Source: Octopus vulgaris (taxonomy: Eukaryota). Taken from it: a stretch of 64,000 nucleotides of DNA. The translations under genes and the position numbers were made by a program. Position 1 is the stretch's first letter, and every line of letters starts with the position of its first letter. Of the stretch, positions 48,209 through 62,735 are shown one piece after another. The stretch spans positions 52,700,001-52,764,000 of the forward strand of contig OX597815.1 in the NCBI GenBank assembly GCA_951406725.2, read 5' to 3'. The notes under the pieces are model-generated. The model did no database searches, was not told where the DNA came from, and saw only the letters and a program-made list of their open reading frames with translations.

Positions 48209-48761
48209 GGATCTTTACCTTTTGACCGACAGATTTTAAAATAATTTTTTTGTAACTAAATACTTTGAAACAAAGTTATATCTCTAGTTAAAGTTGTCAT
48301 ATTTCGGTAATTTCAACCAATCAATGACGTGTATTCAGCTGAATAAAATTACTGCTGTTGTTTGTCAACAACAACTATCGATGGTGTATATTTCATTCGT
48401 CATTGTTATTTATGACATTGTTCGTGCGTTTGTACGGGTTTTAGCTTTAAGGTTTTAGGGTTAGGATTTTAAGGTTAGGGTTTTAGGGTTAGGGTTTTAG
48501 GGTTAGGGCTAGGGTTAAGAGTTTAGAGGTAGGGTTAGGGTTAAATTTTAGGGGCAGGGGTAGGGGTAGGGGTAGGGGTAGGGGTAGGGTTGGTGCTTTA
48601 GGGTTAGAGAAAAAAAATGAAAAATGAAGCACGAACGATTATGGTGGTGCCATGAAGTAAACATGCTTCAGATGTGACACATTCTACCAGTATACGAAGT
48701 TTGAAAGTGTTTAGATACAGAAACTTCTTTTTTAAATCTGTCAGTCAAAAGGTAAAGATCC
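48209..48761. mobile_element. Non-autonomous TIR element (MITE) containing telomere-like (TTAGGG)n
   Basis: ~60-bp TIRs ggatctttaccttttgaccgacagatttt.. and ..aaatctgtcagtcaaaaggtaaagatcc; imperfect 8-bp flanks attatttt/cttatctt; internal TTAGGG/GTAGGG repeats at ~48437-48606. Confidence 0.8.
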
Positions 48762-49962
48762 CTTATCTTATCTCTGTTGAATCAAGGTGAATTGTGCCAG
48801 TTAAAAACCTAACAAAACAGTGATAGTGATTTAGTGCGGTGCTTACGTGAATTAGGTCACAGATCGACAGAATTAGAAAAATTACCATGCCATATGTAGA
48901 TATTTCACTTTGCATTTTCGGATCGAATTCCTCCGGAATCAACTTTGTCTTTCTTTCTTCCAACTGCTTTTAAAATATTTAAAATAAGGTACCCGAATAT
49001 TAAGGTTGGTTTAATCGACGGTAAACACTCACAAGAAATTGTGGTCTTGTGCTAAAATTAGAAATATTTAATACCAAATAATTTTAGCTTGATAGGAGAA
49101 ACAGTTAAGGATACTAAACCTTCACGTTACTATACATAGACTTCACAATACCTCGGTTCGAATCCTAACTAAATTAAATAGCATCTCCAGAGTGTGGGAA
49201 ATCTACACTCCTCTTCCTAAATAATCAATATGATCTAAGTTTTCAAACCAAATAAAATCAGAATAATTGTTCAATAACATTACTGTCTTTTTCATAAACA
49301 TAGCGTCTACTATATTTCATAGAAACATCATGGAGTATGTTATCCTACACGCAGATGGCCAGCATAATATTCAGATGAAGAAACCAATGAGAAGCAATTA
49401 TATTCTTAAAGGAGAACCTGGCATATTCATTGTATCATAGAAATTCATTGTTCCTACATTGCGTACTAAGTGTATTAAGCTACTATATTTTATATGATTT
49501 ATTGAAGTATTAAATAAAGATGATGGCGTTATTGAATTTTCTGATTGACAATATTATAGCTCGAAATGTTGAGTCAATTAAACCCAGAAAATGATAGATG
49601 AAGAGATAGCAAATTAGTTTTCTTAGTCTAGGAAGCCCCCTATGTTGTAAATGTAGTCATTTGAATTATGGTGGTACCAATAAACCAGTTAAAATGACTT
49701 AGTTTGAGTACTTCTCACTAACGTTGTTGTTGCTGCTGCTGTCGTTGTTGATGTTATTACGAAAGTGGCAACAAGACCGTCTGTCAACGTCGGAAGATTA
49801 CAATTTATTACCTCCAATTAAACGAATGATAATAATTTATAAATAGAGAAGAGTGGTGGGCTGGAAGAATCATTAGAGTGTCAGACAAGAAAACAAAGTT
49901 CAGCTCTGTTAACCCGTCTATTTCTTCGTTTCTCTCTCTTTTTCTCTTTCTTTATATGTCTG

Positions 49963-50046
<84 letters not shown>

Positions 50047-50080
50047 AATATGTATATGTATATATATATATATATCCATA

Positions 50081-50121
<41 letters not shown>

Positions 50122-52662
50122 CTTGCCTTCAGGTAGGTTCATCCGGAACTCTTGACAGAAGGAGATCCAGTTTTGTTTTGCAGAAGCTTATATTCACGCC
50201 ATGCAGGTCTCCCGGGCTTTGTGGGAGGATATTGAAGAGCTGTAAAGCGGAAGCATTATTCCAGTAATCTTAACCGCATGCTCACTCACTGACTCAAGCA
50301 GTTATTCGATGTATATTTATTTTTCGTTATGATGATCAAATAAATAACCATCTCACATATTGAGCCACAAATCGGTTACACAGGAAATAGCAACCAAATA
50401 GGCACTCAAACTTTAACAAAAAGGAAGATAATGTATACTGATTGATGAAAAAAGCAACCACAAAGCCGGTCATGATTTGAATGTTTTTGATCATACGTAT
50501 ACTAGATCAAGATTGACTTAGAGCTAACAGAAACGACAAAAACATGTTTCGGTCGTAGTTAAGATTACAAAGCTCAGTACCAGCAATGTGATATTATAGA
50601 ATACCCAACTGTGTAAAACAATGAACTCTATCGTTCCAAATCAAAATTTCCCTTCGAATTGCAATACAAATTATATTCTACAAATTCATAGACTCAGCCC
50701 CTTGTCATTCACACTACAAATAGTGATACATATGTTTTTATTTATGCAAGTTTATTTAGTTTTCACTCCTTTTATACAAGAGTTGCCATAGTTAATAAAT
50801 GTTCTTCGAATCATTGCAGTAAATTCTAACCATTTTCAGTAAGATCATTAATTTGAAAATATCAAAAACATTTACAGGAAACTTTTCATTTCCATCCGAA
50901 GAAAAGCCATGTACGAAATTTTAGATTCCCTTCTTTCATAGCAGCGTAATTAAATTTACTTTGTGAACTTAATCCCTGAAATCCGTCAACTATCTTATTG
51001 AGTGTATATACACAAAGAAGATTTGATCTCGAATATTTATTTCAATATACAGTAATGTTCTTATCTACACAGTCTCTAACAACGATATATGGTTGGTATA
51101 AATGCTGTATATTATTCCATATGAAAGGATAGGAAGATTTATATAAACAATTTCTTATCAATTTTTATCTTAGTAATTTTTTATGTATCTATGAAAGGTC
51201 AGATTTTATATTGGACGGGAGAGAGAGCAATGAGATTGTTTTTAATCTAATCTGAAGTAGCTACAACCTTAAATTAAAGCAAGGCTGTGAATCTTTCTCT
51301 ATTATGCTAAAGTTTTGGAGCTCATAAAGCTTTGATACATCTACGTAATAGTGTGATAATAAACGGATGAGAATGGAAGTTTGCAAACTGACGCTTGTCT
51401 GCTGATCGTAACAATTTCAGATCTGGTATTCTGCTACGGGTTTAGCAACTGGATTAAAAAAAGATTTGACGAGATACTAAAAGAAATTTAACAATATATT
51501 TATAACAGACATAACAACATTTCTGATAATATATACGGTAACACTTATGTATCGAGTATAATTTGAAAGAAGTTTGGGGAAAGTTACGCATGACAGATGG
51601 AGATGTATTAAAATGAATTGATAAAATAAAAATTGTTTATACTTATACAGATTTTATCCAATCTTTACGAAGTTTTCACAACTACGACGCATTAAATACA
51701 AGTTAAATACAAATATCTCTCAGTTTTTATTAAGAATCTCTCGTTTGTAGGTAGTTATAGCTGTCTGCAGCTAGGTTCTATGAAAGGAGGAAGGTAATGA
51801 TGTAAAGCTCCCCGCACGAATAAACTTAGTGTAGGTGTGTGTGAAAAACTAAATCTCAGTGAAGGTGTTAAAAAGTAACGTGAATTTATGGCTGCCTAAA
51901 TTTGAATAGAATTTGATGAGCTACATAAAGTGGACTCTGTTTTACCCAAAATGGTGACGAATTTGGCAGGTGGCACAAATAAATTCTGAGTACAGATTTC
52001 GAGAATAATGGAAACTAACATGCAAACCGAGGCTTCGAGTCGTGGTTGCGAATTAAGTGTGTATCTACCAGGTAACATACATTTTAACCTAAACAAGACA
52101 TTACAACATATCTACTATATAGTGACTTTATATCTGCACATATCTTGAATAGATGATGCTACATAACTGGGATCATATTTACAAAATATTTACAACGAAT
52201 TCACAACAGGCTCGACAATCGATGCCTGATATAGCTACAACATACATAATAAGAGATCTGGCACGAAACATACAACACGTTTACAACATACCTATAACAA
52301 TTGAAAACGGATCTTTACTAGATCTGACATCTGATTCATATCTACAACAATTCTGCAGTACATTTGACAGCTTATCACACACAACACTACAAATGTATAT
52401 TTCTTTATTGCCTACAGGGGGCTAAACATAGAGGGAACAAACAAGGACAGACAAAAGGATTAAATCGATTACATCGAACCAGTGCGTAACTGGTTCTTAT
52501 TTAATCGACCCCGAAAGGATAAAAGAACACTACAAATATAACAATATACCTGCAGCAGGTATGAAAACGTATATATAGCATATATAAACTAACAACGTCG
52601 CCAACAACACTTTTGGTTTTTATCGAATCTACTAGTATAAGATATTACTGAAAAATTAGTTT

Positions 52663-52964
52663 GTGAAGGCGCATGGCTCAGTGGTTAGAACGTCGAGCTT
52701 ACAATCGTGAGGTTGTGAGTTCGAATGCCGGACCGGGCTGCGTGTTGTGTTCTTGAGCAAGACACTTTATTTCACGTTGCTCCATTTCACGCAGCTATAG
52801 AAATGAGTTGCGACGTCACAGGTGCCAAGCTCTATCGGGAGGCCGGTATGCATGGGCGACTGCTGGTCTTCCATAAACAATCTTGCCCGGACTTGTGCCT
52901 GGGAGGGTAACTTTTTAGGTGCAATCCCATGGTCTGTGTCGTGACCGAAGGGGGTCTCAGATGG
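52663..52964 (+). mobile_element. tRNA-derived SINE with target-site duplication
   Basis: tggctcagtggttaga (A box), cttacaa loop, gagttcgaatgcc (B box); 11-bp TSD aaaattagttt at 52652-52662 and 52965-52975. Confidence 0.85.
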
Positions 52965-53139
52965 AAAATTAGTTTACCTTCAAACTTATAGTTTATTGGT
53001 TATAATTCAATAGAAGGAGGGGGACATATATGTGTACATGTTGTTTTCCTTATGTAGGAGATGTGTACCCGTATTTACATCTACATACTCTTTTATATGA
53101 AAAATATAAACGAGAAAGGAAATTCTGTTCGGTTATATT

Positions 53140-53403
53140 GGTTTTAAATTTTGGCACAAGGTCAGCCATTTCGTTGGAGGGGACTAGTTGATTAGATGAA
53201 CTACAGTACTCAACTGGTGCTTATTTTATCAACTCCGAAAGGATGAAAGGCAAAGTCGACTTCGGTGGGATTTGAACTCAGAACTTAAAGACAGATAAAA
53301 TGCCGCTAAGTATTTTGCCTGGCGTGCTATCGATAGAACGCCGGGCAAAAATACTTAGCGGCATTTCATCAGTGTTTATGTTCTGAGTTCAAATTCCGCC
53401 GAC
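53140..53403 (-). mobile_element. SINE with an inverted duplication of its 5' part, bounded by a TSD
   Basis: Family motif gaaaggatgaaaggcaaagtcgac..atttgaactcagaac (also at 56060-56240 and 58270-58470). Palindrome centre ctatcgatag at 53327-53336. TSD gtt(c/t)ggttatatt. Confidence 0.75.
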
Positions 53404-54259
53404 GTTTGGTTATATTAACAAGTGCTCTATAAAGGCTCGGTAAAGTAAATTTGTTGTCGTTGTTACTTTTAAGTCCCAAATGACCTCTGAACAAGCAGGC
53501 ATATGATGAAAGGCGTTCCAGCTTTGAGAGAGTAGTGTTTGTTGGATCTGAGCGAAAAATTACTGTTATTTCGAGTGACAGTGCAGATGCGCACTCATTG
53601 GTTCCTGAATTAATCTTCCTGCAAGGGAAATGCTGCAGGAGAAACTATTCTATTTGGATTCTCGGTTGAAGATATTTAACTTACCTCCTGCTACTAATTT
53701 ACTTGGACGTCTCAAAATTTCATTATCTTTTATATATTTAAGAATACAGTGTGTGCTTATGCCACGATTGTGTGTGTGTGTGTGTGTGTGTGTGTTACCA
53801 GGAAGAGGAGTAGGAAAAAAATAGCTGGACAGTTTCCCTCTAACTTCAGTAACTATAAAGTAAGTATAAGTGTTAAATGTAATGAGAGGGCAAAAAGTTA
53901 ATTTAGAGAGTTTTCTCTCTCTTAATGTGCGTCAAGGCAATACTTAACATTAATCTAAAGAAAAAATTGAGTCCAGCGTCACCATCCCCATCAGCATTAC
54001 TATCAAAACAACTACTTCAAATATCAGGCTGCAAGTATATCTTAGCTTTCTGGCTTTCAAGAATATTTATTAATTGAAAGACCAAATGTGGGTCAGGAAA
54101 TGGCCGGGCGTTTTAACAGCCAATGTAGATGAGAGATGATAAATGACATGAAGATTTAATGAGATCAGTGGAAAGAGAGAATAAAGAAGATTGTAGTGAT
54201 GTTGATGATGATGGTGACGACGACGACGACGATGATAATGATGGCGATGATGGTGGTGG

Positions 54260-54291
<32 letters not shown>

Positions 54292-54719
54292 TCGACGGCA
54301 ACGACAGCGTTGACAACAATATTGATGAGGACAATGATTAAAATACTGCTGCTGATGATGAAGATGAGGATGATGATTATGACGAAGAGAATACTGCTAT
54401 GCTGTTGTTATTATTCAATTAGTTAGATGAAGTTGTGGGAAATTTTGGTCTTATTCAGTGATTAAAAACCTACTCAGTTTCTATTACTTGTAGCAGTAAA
54501 GCTGTGAATAGAATACGTTACACCGAGGGATGAAGATAAAAGTTGTTCTTTCATCTCAGTATATTAAATAACTCATACTGTCTGTAGAAAACTGTAGATT
54601 TCTTGCGAAAGTGATAATCTCACAGATAAAATAGTAATCTATTGCTGGAACCTTTTCCATATAAACTTTGGTTTACTCAAAATGATCTCTCTCTTTCTTT
54701 CTCTCTCTCACTCTTTCTT

Positions 54720-54750
<31 letters not shown>

Positions 54751-56059
54751 CCCTCTCTCTCTTTCTTTCTCTCTCTCACACACATACAAACAAACAAACA
54801 CACACACATATACACGCGTATATGTGTGTATATCTGTGACAATTACGTCGAGGATGAATCATTTTTGCTATTTAAGAACTCACAAAAATCTATTATATTC
54901 ACTTTTCATTTATTTCTTGATGCTACAGTCTAGTATGAAGTATCAAAAGGTTTCGTTGCATTTCGGCGATCTAGCCATTCATAAAATTCCTCTGCATCTG
55001 TTGAAAACAGTTATTTGGGAGTTTTTATAAGCTTTGGGGCCGGTTTCTTTCCTTTTTTCCCTTGTTACTCTGTATTTTGCTTTCTTTTCACTACACTTTT
55101 CTCACTTTAACTTATTTTCATTACTTTTATAAAAAGCAATGTTTCATGCATTCGCAACCTCGTGTGAATGTTTATAAAACTGATCCAAAACTGATGGAAT
55201 TCATGTACTTCTACGGTGCATTGATGTTATCCCAATCGAATTTAGAATAAAGAGTAGACACATACTCACGTATGCAACTGATTCTACTTCTTCCATTAGC
55301 ATTACAATAATTAAGATATGTGTATGCCATCCACCCTCTGTCTGATGATTAAACTATTGTTTTCATCTTTTTCTTGTTCGATGTAGATTTGTTTTCAGTA
55401 TAGCTGTTCTGATGCTCATTCAACAATGTCGACAACCCTAATAGATGCCCTGATAAAAGATGACACATACGTAACACCGAATTAAAATCATTAGCGGAAC
55501 ATTTGAACTATGATACTCCACTCACGCTTCAGAAAACCGGATGCAAAAGCACTCTTAATAAAGGAAGATTCTACTATATTGGAAATTTATCAAATTGAGT
55601 AGCCAAATAGCTGTCGTCTTAAAACTAAAGAGTATAACTTGGGAAAATTATCATTGGAGGTAAAAACGAGGGTATTTTGTATAATATTTAATATTTTGTT
55701 AGCCGTTGGGGAGAAACATAAAACAGAATTGAATGTGTAAATTAAGTAGTAGTTTTGATAAAAACTATTCATCAACACGAACGTTTACGCATAATTTTGT
55801 TAATTTTAATCAATTGGGTTTTAATTTTATTGACATCCAGTTCTAATACAGTGTTTCCGGTTCCATTGACTCAAATAACGTCTCTTTTGACCAGGCATTT
55901 CAAACTACAGAGTCAGTACGGGCCGCATTGTTCGCGTATATGTTAACACAAGGGCCGCATATTTTTAAACACATTTACGGCAAAACTTTCTGTCATACCA
56001 ACAATTCTTTATTTTTAAGTAAAAACCCTTTAAAACCTTTTATTTCGGGAGTGGGGTTG

Positions 56060-56240
56060 GGTGGGGTGCAAGTCGATTATCTCGACCACAGTGATCAACT
56101 GGTATTTATTTTATCGACGCAGATAGGATGAAAGGCAAAGTCGACTTCAGCGGAATTCGAACTCAGAAAGTAAAGACGGAAGAAATGCTTCTAAGCATTT
56201 AGCCAAGAGTAGTGAACGATTTTACCAGCTCTCCGACTTC
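56060..56240 (-). mobile_element. SINE copy (gaactcagaac family)
   Basis: ggatgaaaggcaaagtcgacttcagcggaattcgaactcagaa is shared with 53240-53290. Confidence 0.75.
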
Positions 56241-56588
56241 AATTTTTGTCCATAATATTGACTGCAATAGCTTCTATGATATATTTAAGTGTATCAACCT
56301 TCTTTGTGTTATAAATTAAGACCTTTATAGTTTATTTCACTTGTAGACGTTTCTTATAATTTATTACCTTGGAACAACAGCAATGTGGAAATTCTTCCGC
56401 GATAGCTCATATTACTGAGAAAGACAACCAAATGCCCCTTTGCTGTCTTAGAGAAGGATACATCGAATAATGCTCTTTTGGTTTCCATGCACATACGAAA
56501 ATAATGGGAAGTTCATGGATGGAATATCTTTGATCATAGGTCTGCTCGATCGGGATTCACTTGAATCTAAACAACAGCAACAACAACA

Positions 56589-56643
<55 letters not shown>

Positions 56644-58269
56644 TGTCATTTTGGGAATATATATATTACATGGAAAAATGCGAGCAGGAAAAATAATGTT
56701 CTTAAGATTATAAACATGGAAAAGTACAGGACAAGTTGTTACACCTGTAAAAATATAGGACAAACTATTACTTTTAGTAAAGTAAAGAATAAGAAATTTT
56801 TTGTTAAAATATTGCAGCAAAGAATGCCAGTTCTTCTAATTTATCACTCTTTACAGTTCTCATCTTTTAAATTTATTGTACAAAACTGTTCAGCTAATTT
56901 GTAAGTTTGTCTAATTAGTCACTTTTTTCTGTATTTAAGGTAGTAAATTAGCCAAATTCTACTTAAATAAGTATTGTGTTATTTGTAAACTATAATAAAA
57001 TAATTTTTTATATCCAAATTTTGATTTTAGCTGCAATATTTTAAGTATTGCTGTTATAAGATAATTAATAATGTGTAAATTAATAAGTTAAGATTTTACC
57101 TTATAAAATACTGAAAGAATATATTTCAATTTTTCCACGTGATAATATTTCAATTTTTTAAGATTATAAACCTGGAAAAGTACTAATCGTGCAGGTGTTA
57201 ATATAGAAATGTACCACAATGTTGTTGTTATGTATCTTCAAATCAACCCTGATACTACCAACCTATCATCAAAGACATTGCAGCCTTCAGCAAAACGTCT
57301 TTTTATGGATAGTGTAGGACATTACATACAATGGGCGTGTGATTTAGGTAGGGAAATGCTTTGGCTGCTGTTTTTAGCGTGTGGAGCGACCAAGTAGAGG
57401 CTCTTTCATAGGATCGATAGCATGATGAGATTTTTTACACAGATATTTAAAATGTATATATATCATCGGCAGAAGTTAGAGAGTAAGTCAAAAGCTGAGA
57501 GTTTCGTGTATTGGCACTTATCAAACATGAATTTGTCCATTGTCACTCTGTAACTTCTGACGAAATAACTTTTAAAATACAAAATTTTATCCAAAACGTT
57601 AAGAATAAACCATGTTCTATGTGACACATTCTACCAGTATCGGAGGTTTGTGCCAGCTCACCACCATAGAAGGTAAGCATTGATTTTAGAAATATATTCT
57701 TTATTCATACAGCTGAAGTGTTACTCCCTTACTCTGTTAATTACTGACAGGAAATTTCGTAACATTTTACTTATAAACTTTTTATTTCCACGATCCCTAA
57801 GGCTAACAAAAATACAATATGTTAACATATTTTCATAGTCTCTGTAACTTAATCCTTGGAAATCTCTGACTCAAATTCTTTATCTCGCCGAAAATACTAT
57901 TTGAGCATATGAATATTAAACTAATCCTAACATAATTAATGCAAACATATTAATTACTAGTTCAAATTTTAGTGTACCCAACTTACAAAGAATCATCATT
58001 ACTTGGAAAACTGTGATACCCCACTTAATTTGTTGACACTCTACGTCTAAACTTCACTTTCAATCACCATGAAATTAATTACTTATCACATTAATAGTAT
58101 TCATATATCGGATTAACATAACTTTAAAATATCAAAATTTAACTTGTCCTGAAAATATCAAGATACTATTTTTATATTATTTGTAATTCATAAATAATCT
58201 ATTTGTATTTAACCCCTCGGGAATTTTAGTATCATACCCACGTAGGAAAAAATTTTCCTTCTAATAATG

Positions 58270-58470
58270 GTTACAAATTTTGGTTCAAAGCTAGCAACTA
58301 GGGTGTGGTGCGAGGTAATTTCTATTACATCGACAACAGTGTATTATTTTATCGATCTCAGAAGGATGGAAGGCAAAGTCAACCTCGAGGGAATTTGAAC
58401 TCAGAACGTGAAGACGGATGAAATACCGCTAAGCATTCCGCCCGGCATGCTAACGATTCTGCCAGCCCGC
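58270..58470 (-). mobile_element. SINE copy (gaactcagaac family)
   Basis: gaaggatggaaggcaaagtcaacctcgagggaatttgaactcagaac..ccgctaagca..gctaacgattctgccagcccgcc. Confidence 0.78.
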
Positions 58471-60990
58471 CTTCTTCCAAATAATAAATAGTAATATGTA
58501 TTTAACATCACGGATATTTCAGTACGATACCTACATAGAATATTTTCTTTGTTATACAACTATAAGCAGTTAGTATTCTTTTTTCCCAATTTATTATTAA
58601 ACACCTGCAACTTGCATAATTTTCTTAACTTTACATCACATTGTAAATTAAATGAAATTTTTCTTTCTTCCACATTTTGTTTTGATGGAAGAAACCAGAA
58701 CCATTGCCCCTAGCAACTTCATAAGGAGTAAATAGATATCTGAAATACGAAGGTACAGCTATGTACTTAAAAAAGTACATTTGGAACCACGTGGTTTCGG
58801 GACCAGCCCCACTTTGCAGAAATTTGGATTAGGGTCTTCTGCTCTAGCTCCGGGTTAACCAATACGTTATGAGATAGATTGAAGCTGTGTTGAAGTTCAT
58901 AGTTTATATATCGAATCTTTCCACATCAACCGTTGACTGAAAATCAAGGCAATTTCGGCACATTAACAACAAGAATGCCCACTTCAGTGTCGCGTAGATT
59001 TATAACAAACACTAATTAGAAATAGCACCGTGAGGACAAAACGATGCAGAAGAGGACTAAAAGAGAGGAAGAGAACAAATATAAGAAAAGTTGCAAAAAA
59101 AAAACCATCTAACAAGTAGTTAAGTATGTCGACTTATCGAAAAGCGCACAGAATATATTAGCTCGTATGGCTAAGACAAAAACAGAGTGAAGTGACAGAA
59201 GATATTAAATAGAAGACTTTCGACTGGAGTGTAAAAAGAAAAACAAAACAAACAAACTAGAGAAGATTGTGTGTCTATGTAGTCTGTGAGGCGTTCGCTC
59301 TTAAGCAAGGAGAACACTTCTTAGATAGCGGAGAACGAAAGTAGCAGGTACGAAAGCAAACTTTTCAAAAGGGAAGATGAATGCGTATGTCGTAGAATTA
59401 AAATGATGAGAAATCAGGAAGATATTATGTCAATAGTTTTCTTCAATTTGATCGTAACATCACGTCGATATTTGCACAAATTAACATGATTTTTGTTCCG
59501 CCAAGCTGACTTTGTCCATTTTCGTCTTTCTTTTCTCTTTCTTTCATGGTCTCTACATATCGCTCTTGTGTTTTTTACACACTGCTCGACAATACATTGA
59601 TTTGCATGCCTTTACTTAACCTAATGGTTCGGCAAGAAAGAAACTGATGGAAAAAGTATCATACTTTAAATAAGTTTTGAAACCGCTTTGGTCGACTAAA
59701 ACTTTTAATGTGTTACCCCAGCATGGCCACAATCTAATGACTAAAATATGTAAAAGAATAAAAGAATATATAATAGTAGATGTTTTAAAATTACCCTTGA
59801 GAATTTATTACAGTAATTTATTATATTTTATAAAAATATATAATTTTCACAATCTATTCATCTTCAAATCCGATATTAATTTCCATTCTTTGTATTCTCC
59901 TACGTATTTTCCCACGTCATAGAATATGTTCCATAAATAACATATGTCTACATGCATGTTCCCCAATTTGTATTGTTTATTTACGTTAATATGGTATTAT
60001 TTATAAATATATTTTCTTTGATAACCAATATTTGTGCTGGTCATTGTTTGTATATATGATTAGATCTGCAGTTTTTGTGTCTTCTATCACATTATTTAAC
60101 TTTTATAGTTCCTTATCACAGCCCCATATTCTTATAGACAGCAAGTCCTGTTTACTTGTATATTTATTTATTTATCAATTTGTCTCTATTTACGATATCC
60201 TATGTCACAGAAAAGTCTAATATCTTTTCGAATATTTTTCATTAAGGAGACTTGACTAGTCAAGCATATTTTTTTCTTACACTCATATTTTTCTGTTAAA
60301 CACCAGGAGAAATACATTTTCTTATTAAATTTGCTATTTTATTCACTGTATCAATTCTATTTTAGATTGTTCCTCATAAAGCTATCACAAAATTAAATAT
60401 TAAACACAATACCCACATTTTCTTTTCTTACAATAATACGTTCACTCGTTTCCTTCCATTTGACAATGTTAAATTTTTACACGTGTAATTTTTTTAATCG
60501 ATTCGATTTTTGGTACTTTCGCTTGACTAAACTGATATTTCTTCAAACTATTTCCAACCTAATAACTCTAACACTATTCCTGTTTAATTTCCCGCTAAAG
60601 CAATCGGTTAATCTCAAGCTCACAAATATGATCAAAACTATATAATGGATATTTCACCAGCCATTTTCATATTTTTTTAAAAGTAACAAAATGACGCTTA
60701 AAACAGCCGCCTAGGTTTCAAGTTTAAATAAATATATTTTACTCTATTATTAGCAGTGAATTCATTCTAAGCTCACATTTTTGTTCCATCGAACAAAACC
60801 TCACTCACAGACACACACACACACAGGTGTGTGCTTGTACGTGTGTGCACGTGCGTATCTGAGTAATATATGCACATATGTGCGCTTACACACACAGACA
60901 CAAATACACACACACAGACATATATATATACACACACATGTATGTATGTGTATATATATACATATATATGTATATATATATATATATGTA

Positions 60991-61119
<129 letters not shown>

Positions 61120-61133
61120 GTATGTTGTATATA

Positions 61134-62735
61134 CAGTTGCGGCCAAAATGTACAGAACGGCATTGTTTTTGTCAGAAAAGTAGGTATAATTTTTCATCAA
61201 AGTTGTTTTATATTCTATAATTTTCACAGACAATAAATACAATATAATTTATTATTGTCTGAGATTTTGGTGTAATTTGAGGGGAGAATGCAAAAGTTAT
61301 GAATGATTTAGTGATTTACTGCAAAACCCATGGCGGTTGAAAAAATAACAAAATAATCAAAAATGATAGAGAATACTGGAATTATTTAATATTTAGTGTG
61401 AAGCCCTTTAGCTTCAATCACACTTTGACATCTTCAACTGCATGAGGAAATTAAATTTTCAATTTCTTGCTGGGTAATCTTATTCCATTCTTCCTGAAGG
61501 GCATTCCATAATTGCTCTGTTGTTTTAGGATTTCTGGCTTTCGAACGTTCTCCTAGAATATTCCACACATTTTCAATAGGATTGAGATCTGGGCTTTGAG
61601 CAGGCCAATCCATAAAAATAACCTTTTCAGCCTTGAGGAAGTTCATGACCACCTTAGCCTTGTGACATGGGGCATTGTCCTGCATGAATATGGGTGGTCG
61701 CTTTGTTGAATTTCTCAGCACAGGCAAGACATGATCTTTTACAAGTTGTTTATAAACTCCTGCATTTACCTTTCCATGTAATCGCACCAAAGGGCCCACA
61801 CCATCTCCAGATATCATCTCCCAAACCATGACACTTCCTCCACCGAATTTAACACTAGTCTTAAGGCATTTAGGCGACAATTTTTCACCTACTTTTCGAC
61901 GAACGTACCTTTTCCCATCTGAGCCAAATAACATAAACTTAGATTCATTACTGAAATGCACCGTTTGCCATTTCTCTTGAGACCACAACACATGTTCGGT
62001 TGCAAAGGTAAGACGACACTTTTTAATCTTGGAGCTGATCAGTGGCTTCACTGCAGGTGCTCTTGCTTGTAGGTCATGTTCAACTAAACGACGAGTCACA
62101 GTTTTTCGAGATAAAGTTTCTTCAGTACAATGCTCATTTCCCGAGAAACAGCAGCAGCAGTTTTAAATCTGTCCTTTTTAACCAACTTTACCATGGCACG
62201 ATCTTCTCTATTGGTCGTTTATCTTGGCCTACCTGTAGACCTCCTTGCTTCACACAAACCACAACCACCGTAGATCTTAAGAATACCGTTAGCAACACTT
62301 GTTAACAATCTTTGCAATAGACCCAACACTTAAATTATCCTTCTTTCGAAGCTTAATAATCTGCTGACGAATTGGTAACGGAGTAAGTGGCATTATATTA
62401 ACAAAGTACACTGCGGATATTCTTACTAATGTTTAGTAAACGAACCGTCACGTAAACAAATTCAAAACATTAGAGTTCGCCGGTTAAATATACTACAACA
62501 TGGAGTAAAAGCAACCGTTCTGATCATTTTGGCCGCTATGGGTTTTGCAGTAAATCACTAAATCATCCATAACGTTTGTATTATCTTCTCAAATTACACC
62601 CAAATCTCAGACAATAACAAATAATATAGTATTTATTGTCTGTGAAAATTATAGAATATAAAACAACTTTGATAAAAACTTATACCTACTTTTCTGACGA
62701 AAACAATGCCGTTCTGAACATTTGTACCGCAACTG
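61134..62735 (-). mobile_element. Full-length Tc1-family transposon with ~210-bp TIRs (IR/DR type) and a TA TSD
   Basis: ta|cagttgcggccaaaatg... and ...catttgtaccgcaactg|ta; an inner repeat of the terminal motif at 62514-62536; transposase inside. Confidence 0.93.
61386..62393 (-). pseudogene. Tc1 DD34E transposase, inactivated
   Basis: ATG at 62393 (MPLTPLPIRQQIIKL); HFSNESKF (first catalytic D changed to N); KFGGGSVMVW, QDNAPCH, WPAQSPDLNPIENVW; premature TGA at 61434 before RCQSVIEAKGLHTKY*; N-terminal frame disrupted. Confidence 0.9.

Noticed and set aside
48437-48606. True telomere or chromosome-fusion scar
   Set aside because: Short, degenerate, single-orientation, and enclosed by transposon-like TIRs.
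52667-52740. tRNA-Val(TAC) gene
   Set aside because: It continues into a SINE body and is bounded by an 11-bp TSD, so it is a tRNA-derived SINE head.
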